64,000 bases of DNA from an uncultured Candidatus Saccharibacteria bacterium. Lineage in GTDB: Bacteria > Patescibacteriota > Minisyncoccia > Phycocordibacterales > UBA918. Under the pieces are notes generated by a model. It worked only from the letters and a program-made list of their open reading frames with translations. It had not been told where the DNA came from and made no database searches. The first letter of the stretch is position 1. The number at the start of each line of letters is the position of its first letter. The stretch covers positions 23,764 through 87,763 of the forward strand of contig CAZSZB010000003.1 in the NCBI GenBank assembly GCA_964611205.1, given 5' to 3'. The position numbers were made by a program, and so were the translations under genes. Below, one piece after another: positions 58,204-64,000 of this stretch.

Positions 58204-58617
58204 ATGAAAAATTTCTCAATGTATGTCGGTGGGGTAGTATTCGGACTCGGTCTGGCTATTGCTGGAGCTACACAACCGGAAATAGTTCTGTCTTTTTTGC
58301 GCCTAGAAGATTTAGGTTTGGCTCTAGTGATTGGTGTGGCGTTAGTCCTCACTTTATTTGTTTTTCAAGTAGTGACCCGAGTTATGGGTAAGCCTGTGTT
58401 TGGTGGTCAGTTTGACTTGCATGACGGATTTCCAATTACCCGCGGTACGATACTGGGGTCTATTATCTTTGGTATTGGCTGGGGTATTTCTGGTTTATGT
58501 CCAGCTACTTCTCTAGCAGCTATTGGCGCAGGTAATCTTCCGGTAGTTTGGGGAGTCATTGGTATGTTTGTCGGGGCTTTCATCTACGGATCGATTCGTA
58601 GCCGGCAGAGCAAGTAA
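58204..58617 (+). CDS. YeeE/YedE family transporter, C-terminal half
   Basis: GISGLCPATS motif, adjacent and translationally coupled. Confidence 0.65.
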   Translation: MKNFSMYVGGVVFGLGLAIAGATQPEIVLSFLRLEDLGLALVIGVALVLTLFVFQVVTRVMGKPVFGGQFDLHDGFPITRGTILGSIIFGIGWGISGLCPATSLAAIGAGNLPVVWGVIGMFVGAFIYGSIRSRQSK

Positions 58618-58643
58618 CGGAAACTACTTTAGATGATTTAAAC

Positions 58644-58679
58644 AAACAAAACCTTTCATTCGAATGAAAGGTTTTGTTT
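58644..58679. terminator. bidirectional hairpin aaacaaaacctttcatt..aatgaaaggttttgttt
   Basis: Perfect inverted repeat between the YedE half and tRNA-Leu. Confidence 0.55.
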
Positions 58680-58688
58680 GTTTCTTTG

Positions 58689-58772
58689 TGTCCAAGACTG
58701 GAGTTGAACCAGCACGTCCGTAAGGACACATCCCCCTCAAGGATGCGCGTCTACCAATTTCGCCACTTGGAC
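58689..58772 (-). tRNA. tRNA-Leu (anticodon GAG), long variable arm
   Basis: Hand-folded: GUCCAAG acceptor, GCGAAATTGGTAGACGC D-arm, anticodon loop UUGAGGG, long extra arm, and a GGTTCAACTCC T-loop. Confidence 0.85.
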
Positions 58773-58864
58773 TCCTGTGTTCCTATGGAGAGTTTGCTAA
58801 TTCTAAATACTTTTTGCTTTTTTGCAAATATTCTAGAATCTAAATATTTGCTATAATTTTTAAT

Positions 58865-59485
58865 ATGAATACAAAAATTGTGATGCTACTTAGCATTGTG
58901 GTGGTAATCATAGCGGCTGGATTTTATTTCTTAACAAAATCACCAGACACTAATGATGCTACCGGAACAGAAGCTGATAAAGAGGCGACTGATTCTAAGG
59001 ATTTTAAAAATAGTGGACGGGGGTCATTCGCCTCTCTTATGAACTCGGGAGAAAATATAAAATGTTCTTTTTCTACCACAGAAGAAGACGCTGTCTCCAC
59101 AGGAGTGTTTTATCATAGCGGTGGAAAATATCGAGTTGAAGCAGAAACTCAATCAGAAGGACAAACATACCAAACAAATATGATCGGCCTATCTAATAAG
59201 ACATATATGTGGGGATCGTCACCTGAAGGTGAGATGGCCTTTGTGATGTCAAACGATATGATGAACAATGACGGAGCAGTAGCGCAGTATACTGAAACTC
59301 AGGGTAGTGCAGCGGTAGATATGGAAACTGAGGCAGAGTATGACTGTGATTCGTGGCGACCAAATACTTCCGTATTTGTACCCCCAAGTGATGTAGAGTT
59401 TGTAGATATAGAAGTGATGATGAGGGAAATGTTTTCCGCAGAAATACAAGGTTTGCCAGAAGGCTTTAAGATACAAGCGCAGTAG
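58865..59485 (+). CDS. exported protein with N-terminal TM/signal anchor
   Basis: MNTKIVMLLSIVVVIIAAGFYFL anchor and an acidic mature region with 3 Cys. Confidence 0.45.
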   Translation: MNTKIVMLLSIVVVIIAAGFYFLTKSPDTNDATGTEADKEATDSKDFKNSGRGSFASLMNSGENIKCSFSTTEEDAVSTGVFYHSGGKYRVEAETQSEGQTYQTNMIGLSNKTYMWGSSPEGEMAFVMSNDMMNNDGAVAQYTETQGSAAVDMETEAEYDCDSWRPNTSVFVPPSDVEFVDIEVMMREMFSAEIQGLPEGFKIQAQ

Positions 59486-59560
59486 ATTCTCCTACTAATT
59501 TTAAAAAACGGGCATTTTATGCCCGTTTTTTAATAGCTACAGAAGCAATATATAAACATT

Positions 59561-60214
59561 TTGTTTGTTATAGTTGAGCTTATGAAAAAGATAAAAAATT
59601 ACGTAGTGCCGAAATATATTTATGCGATGTGGTTCACATTAGTATTGGCAATCGGGTTTGGAATTTATCTTCAAGAATGGTCGACAGTTTTTGTTAGCCT
59701 AATGACATTGGGTATATCAATCTATGTTATTTCATTAAGTCGACGGATAAAGATACGCATTCCAGCCTCACTTCTCACGGCGTCAATTATTTTTGTATAT
59801 GCAACATTATTTCTAGGGGAAGTAGGTAGTTTCTACGAACGTTTTTGGTGGTGGGATGTAATTCTACATGCTGGATCAGCTATTGGATTTGGTTTGATTG
59901 GAGCGATTATTTTGATTTTGTTATTTCACCAGGGAAAGGTAAAAACTAGTCCATTACTAGTGTCTGTCTTTGTTTTCGCGTTTGCAGTCGCCATCGGGGC
60001 AGTTTGGGAGATATTTGAATTTAGTATGGACCAGTTGTTTGGTTTGTCGATGCAAAAGAGTGGTCTGGTGGATACTATGGCTGATTTAATTGTTGATAGT
60101 ATCGGGGCTCTTCTTGCTGCTTTAGCAAGTTATGCATATTTAACTAAAGGCAGAAAATCATTTCTCACTGCCATATTAGAAGAAGCTGTTGCAATAAATA
60201 GTAAGTACGAATAG
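59561..60214 (+). CDS. hypothetical polytopic membrane protein
   Basis: Five to six hydrophobic helices. No family motif recognised. Confidence 0.4.
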   Translation: MFVIVELMKKIKNYVVPKYIYAMWFTLVLAIGFGIYLQEWSTVFVSLMTLGISIYVISLSRRIKIRIPASLLTASIIFVYATLFLGEVGSFYERFWWWDVILHAGSAIGFGLIGAIILILLFHQGKVKTSPLLVSVFVFAFAVAIGAVWEIFEFSMDQLFGLSMQKSGLVDTMADLIVDSIGALLAALASYAYLTKGRKSFLTAILEEAVAINSKYE

Positions 60215-60334
60215 GAATGTTAGTGGATAAAGGTGTCCTAGGTTTTCCTAGAACGATAGAGTAAGGAAGGTCTTAATTGTGTTTGATGGGAATATGATAA
60301 TGTTTTGCTGGTTTCTACAAATTTTAATTTAGGG

Positions 60335-62239
60335 CTAATACGTGAGGCCGAAATATCGAGGAAAAAGAACAGCACTACCATCACTTGTTTTTCCAGATGT
60401 AGAAATAGGTAGTTGGTTTATATGTGCCGGCCACGGCAAGGGAAGCGAGCCAGTAAAAGGTTTTTCACCAAAAAGTACATCAGCCACGCCGGCCCCCTCA
60501 CTGCCTGGCAACCACGCAACTACGACTGCATCCCAATCATCGATCTCATCAGTAATTATGAGAGGTCGTCCAGTCACCAGTACCACGATTACTATCTGAC
60601 TGGCTTTCTGAAGATTTTTAATAGTTGACAAGTCCTCCTCGCTTAACGACGGTTTTTCATTGTCGCCCCAACCTTCAGCGTAGGGTGATTCACCAACAAC
60701 AGCGATGCCGATATCGGCTCTTTGTGAACTGTTGGGGAATAGAGCGTGTTCTTCAAACTCAACCAGTGTACTTTCGCCAGCAGTCTCTTTAATGCCTTCT
60801 AGGATAGATGTGGAATTAGGTAGCCAATTACCATCTATACCCTGCCATTCAACCGTCCAGGCACCCACTTGTTTCCCAATGTTATCCGCAGCACTCCCAG
60901 AAACTCGAATGGTGGAGTTCTTCTTTATAGGGAGTACATTATTTTTATTTTTCAATAATACCAATGACTCTGCTACTGCTTCACGAGCTAACATTTTATT
61001 ATCTTCCGAACCAAGAACAGAAATATCAAGAATCTTACGAGTATCATCGAAAAGTCCTAATGTAAATTTTGCAGTCAAAATTCGTCGTACTGCATCGTCA
61101 ATTCTCTCTTTTGAAATATCACCTCTTTGTACCGCTAAGCGGACGTTTTTAACGAAGTTTTTATATTCAAAAGGTAGCATTACCATATCAACACCAGCAT
61201 TAATGGCTGTAACTGTGGCTTGGTAGTTACCACCAGGAATTTCATAAACGCCATACCAGTCAGATACGACAAAACCCTGGAAGCCGAGCTCTCCTTTAAG
61301 CACATCAGTAATAAGATAAGAGTCTGCTGCTAGCTTGGTATTGCCCCAACTATTAAGTCCCACCATAATACTCAAGGCGCCAACATCGACGGCTTTAGCA
61401 AAGGCCGGTAGGTAGATATTATGTAATTTCTGTTCATTTTTTGGTGTGACCCCCCGATCAATTTTAAAATCTTTATTACTTGATGTGTTCCAAAACATTG
61501 AGCCACCACCGATGTAGTGTTTTGGTGTAGCGAGAATTGATATGGTTGTTGGGTCAATTTTATTTTCTTGTAGCCCAGTAATATATGCGGCCCCAAGCTT
61601 ACTTACTAGGTCCGGGTCATTAGAAAAAGTTTCGTACACTCGACCCCACCGAATATCTTCTGGCATGTCATAAGTTGGAGAGAAGTTCCAGTTAACACCA
61701 GTGGCTAGAAGCTCATCTCTAGTTGCTTTTGCAATTGTGGTAACAAGTGTTTGGTTGCCACTAGCACCAAGTCCAATAAAATGAGGAAACACCGTTGCTC
61801 CGGGCACATTGCTGTGTCCGTGAATAGCATCAACTCCATACAAAATTGGTATCTCTAGTCTCGATGAGTAGGACTCTTTACTAAAGTTTTCTACCATTTG
61901 TTTCCAGCCAAGTGGAGTATTGTCTTTTGGTCTACCTCCAAATCCGCTTAAGATTCCCCCGAGGCCATACTGACTGACATCACTAAGTTTTTTGATACTA
62001 TTTTTTTCAACGAGTGCCATTTGCCCAATTTTTTCGTCTAGTGTCATGAGCGATAATAAATTATCAACACGCGTCGAGACAGAGAATGAGGTATCTAAAT
62101 ATAAAGGATTATCGGGTATTGAAGGTGAAGTTATTTGTCGCATAAACATAAAGAGGAAGATTGCACTACCAATAATCACTACTAGTACACCAGCCGAAAT
62201 ATATAGATATTTTTTAGATTTGAAATGTTTCAATATCAT
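60335..62239 (-). CDS. glycoside hydrolase family 3 (beta-glucosidase/beta-hexosaminidase-like), N-terminal membrane anchor
   Basis: GH3 motifs GFQGFVVSDW (catalytic Asp region) and a KHYIGGG segment. Two-domain length of 634 aa. Confidence 0.85.
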   Translation of the reverse strand: MILKHFKSKKYLYISAGVLVVIIGSAIFLFMFMRQITSPSIPDNPLYLDTSFSVSTRVDNLLSLMTLDEKIGQMALVEKNSIKKLSDVSQYGLGGILSGFGGRPKDNTPLGWKQMVENFSKESYSSRLEIPILYGVDAIHGHSNVPGATVFPHFIGLGASGNQTLVTTIAKATRDELLATGVNWNFSPTYDMPEDIRWGRVYETFSNDPDLVSKLGAAYITGLQENKIDPTTISILATPKHYIGGGSMFWNTSSNKDFKIDRGVTPKNEQKLHNIYLPAFAKAVDVGALSIMVGLNSWGNTKLAADSYLITDVLKGELGFQGFVVSDWYGVYEIPGGNYQATVTAINAGVDMVMLPFEYKNFVKNVRLAVQRGDISKERIDDAVRRILTAKFTLGLFDDTRKILDISVLGSEDNKMLAREAVAESLVLLKNKNNVLPIKKNSTIRVSGSAADNIGKQVGAWTVEWQGIDGNWLPNSTSILEGIKETAGESTLVEFEEHALFPNSSQRADIGIAVVGESPYAEGWGDNEKPSLSEEDLSTIKNLQKASQIVIVVLVTGRPLIITDEIDDWDAVVVAWLPGSEGAGVADVLFGEKPFTGSLPLPWPAHINQLPISTSGKTSDGSAVLFPRYFGLTY

Positions 62240-62423
62240 TTATGTAGTATAACAATATTATGTCTAATTAATTAGGACCAAGATTAGACAAGGAACAATT
62301 ATTGTGGTGCCTATTATATGTACCATTGAGGTGTTATAATATAAATATAAGAGGGTGATACCTATCATCATCTGTTACTACTAAATCGTATCGCACTCTT
62401 AAGCGGTCGAAACAATAAAATAT

Positions 62424-62798
62424 ATGAATACAAAAAATGTATTATTAGCAATTCTCATAGTGTTCGTTTTTGCTGTTGGCTTTATGATGGGGCGTTTTAG
62501 TTCCGTTGGTAGCTCATACATGAGTGGCCCAGCATCAGCACCGGCCACCATAAACACAGATAGTGATAATGGTGACGCTACCACTGCTGAAGGTACGACA
62601 ATTCAAGCTTCGAGTTTGTCTGAGGGACAAATTAAATTACTCGGCGCTCTCGGTATTGATGCTGACTCAATTAATGTAACACCAGAGATGGTTGCTTGTG
62701 CGGAAGCCAGTTTAGGTTCAGCGCGAATAGAGGAGATTATTAATGGAGCCACTCCGTCTTTTTCGGAAGGCCTCAAGTTAGCTGGATGTTATAAATAA
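62424..62798 (+). CDS. small secreted protein
   Basis: N-terminal hydrophobic anchor, 124 aa. Confidence 0.35.
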   Translation: MNTKNVLLAILIVFVFAVGFMMGRFSSVGSSYMSGPASAPATINTDSDNGDATTAEGTTIQASSLSEGQIKLLGALGIDADSINVTPEMVACAEASLGSARIEEIINGATPSFSEGLKLAGCYK

Positions 62799-62812
62799 CT
62801 AAAAATAAATAT

Positions 62813-63061
62813 ATGGGTATATTACTATGGATAGTGTTTGGTGCATTAGTTGGTTGGGTGGGATCAATGATTATGGGTACCGATGAACAACAAGGTCTAA
62901 TTCTCAACATTGTAGTGGGTGTTATTGGAGCAAGTCTTGGTGGGTACATCATGAGCTTGTTTGGTGAAAGTGGTGTCAGTGGTTTCAACCTGTACAGCTT
63001 CGTGGTAGCAGTTGTCGGAGCTATAGTACTGCTGGCCATTTTGAAACTTATTCGGGGATAG
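62813..63061 (+). CDS. GlsB/YeaQ/YmgE family membrane protein
   Basis: 82 aa with an ALVGWVGSMIMG...GVIGASLGGYI pattern. Confidence 0.8.
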   Translation: MGILLWIVFGALVGWVGSMIMGTDEQQGLILNIVVGVIGASLGGYIMSLFGESGVSGFNLYSFVVAVVGAIVLLAILKLIRG

Positions 63062-63100
63062 AATTGATTTGTTAGGTAAGAACAACCCAACCACTGAAGT

Positions 63101-63137
63101 AAAAAACAACACTCCTTAGAAAGGAGTGTTGTTTTTT
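63101..63137 (+). terminator. hairpin aaaaaacaacactcctt-aga-aaggagtgttgtttttt
   Basis: Perfect stem plus T-run after the GlsB-like gene. Confidence 0.6.
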
Positions 63138-63165
63138 CTAGGGAGACTACCGGGAAGGAATCGGT

Positions 63166-63221
63166 CACGAGTTACTAAGTTTTTTATTTCGTTTCATTCA
63201 TAAAAATCTAAGTACTCTCGA
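63166..63221. repeat. tRNA-associated MITE-like element copy
   Basis: Termini cacgagttactaagt and ctaagtactctcga, adjacent to tRNA-His. Confidence 0.6.
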
Positions 63222-63338
63222 CCCCGACTCGTCTGTCGCAAGCGACATGACTCCGTCTTTCGATTCCCGGACAGAAGCAAAGCAATTTGCTTCTTTAGCC
63301 GCTCCATACGCAAAAATCCCCACAAGGGGATTTTGCTT

Positions 63339-63414
63339 TGGGGCGGCTACCGGGAATCGAACCCGAATTTTCGGTACCACAAACCGACGTAATAACCGTT
63401 ATACAATAGCCGCC
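63339..63414 (-). tRNA. tRNA-His (anticodon GTG) with encoded G-1 and CCA
   Basis: Hand-folded: G-1 + GCGGCUA acceptor, anticodon loop UUGUGGU, and a GGGTTCGATTCCCGG T-arm. A terminator hairpin lies at 63312-63334. Confidence 0.85.
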
Positions 63415-63693
63415 ATGAATTTTTCCTGCTCATCAGGGTGGTGATGAACGAGGTGGTGGCAATTGTGGCATAGCTTGTTTAAATATTCAATACTTAAAAG
63501 GTTTTGGTCTGATATTGTTTGTTATAATTAACATACACGTATGGACAAAGAAGCAATGCAGGCTGCAATTTTCTTCATTTTTTTAGCCGGATCGGGGATC
63601 GGTTTTTATCTGGCTCATTTCTTTCTTGGCTAGGGTTGTTTGTGAAGACAGATATATCTATAATTAGTTTAGTTTATTAATAACTATTTTGTT

Positions 63694-64000
63694 ATGCGCG
63701 GATTTATAGATGAATTCAAGGCTTTCGCCATGAAGGGGAATGTAATCGATTTGGCAGTAGCGGTTGTTATTGGTGCAGCTTTTGGAAAAATTGTCTCCTC
63801 TTTAGTGGACAATATAATTACTCCTTTAATTGGTTTGATTTTGGGAGGTATCAATTTTTCTGGTTTAGGTTACACAGTTGGAGGGTCTGTTATTTCGTAC
63901 GGCATGTTTATTCAGGCAGTCATCGATTTCCTGATTGTGGCTCTGGTTATATTTGTAGTTGTGAAGGCAATTAATAAAGCACAGAGTTTAGGTCAGGAAG
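63694..64000 (+). CDS. mscL: large-conductance mechanosensitive channel MscL (3' end beyond window)
   Basis: [44 protein letters not shown] is the MscL signature. Confidence 0.8.
   Translation, partial: MRGFIDEFKAFAMKGNVIDLAVAVVIGAAFGKIVSSLVDNIITPLIGLILGGINFSGLGYTVGGSVISYGMFIQAVIDFLIVALVIFVVVKAINKAQSLGQE

Noticed and set aside
58674-58856. 60-aa ORF over tRNA-Leu
   Set aside because: It overlaps the tRNA gene, and most of its length is the tRNA antisense.
63198-63444. ORFs 63198..63380(-) and 63247..63444(+) over tRNA-His region
   Set aside because: They overlap the tRNA, its terminator and the MITE-like repeat.

Overview
This is an AT-rich chromosomal segment (most genes about 35-40% GC) from a small-genome bacterium, with a gene content that resembles a Candidate Phyla Radiation / Saccharibacteria-like organism. 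The phylum assignment is an inference, not something the sequence proves. The window spans the replication origin: rpmH-rnpA-yidC on the minus strand, DnaA boxes, then dnaA-dnaN-DUF721 on the plus strand. Housekeeping genes present are PBP1A, tyrS, ruvA, ruvB, ruvC, yebC, tsaE, polA, murE, rpsT, rplS, ruvX and an RluA-family pseudouridine synthase, plus an ABC exporter, a P-type ATPase, a GH3 hydrolase and a partial mscL. There is a type IV pilus set (pilB, pilM, pilN-like, pilO-like). The first 9 kb carries a Gram-positive-style type IV secretion-like cluster: VirB6-like, PrgI/VirB3-like, a VirB4 split into two ORFs, and secreted or Cys-rich pilin-like proteins. Seven tRNAs were identified by hand-folding (Lys, Arg x2, Ser, Val, Leu, His). 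The main anomaly is a roughly 12-13 kb island of about 50% GC (about 34.2-46.3 kb) abutting the 3' end of tRNA-Ser. It carries a large serine recombinase, a 1097-aa SF2 helicase with a long C-terminal extension, a putative type II restriction-modification pair, a ParB-nuclease/DNA-methyltransferase fusion, an HNH endonuclease and a terminase-small-subunit-like HTH protein. Smaller anomalies include two very GC-rich patches with Shine-Dalgarno-led micro-ORFs, a 40-bp perfect palindrome operator upstream of an AbrB/MazE-like gene, tRNA-associated MITE-like repeats, tRNA 3'-end duplications, and an AT-rich NTase-fold two-gene module. No CRISPR array or rRNA was seen.
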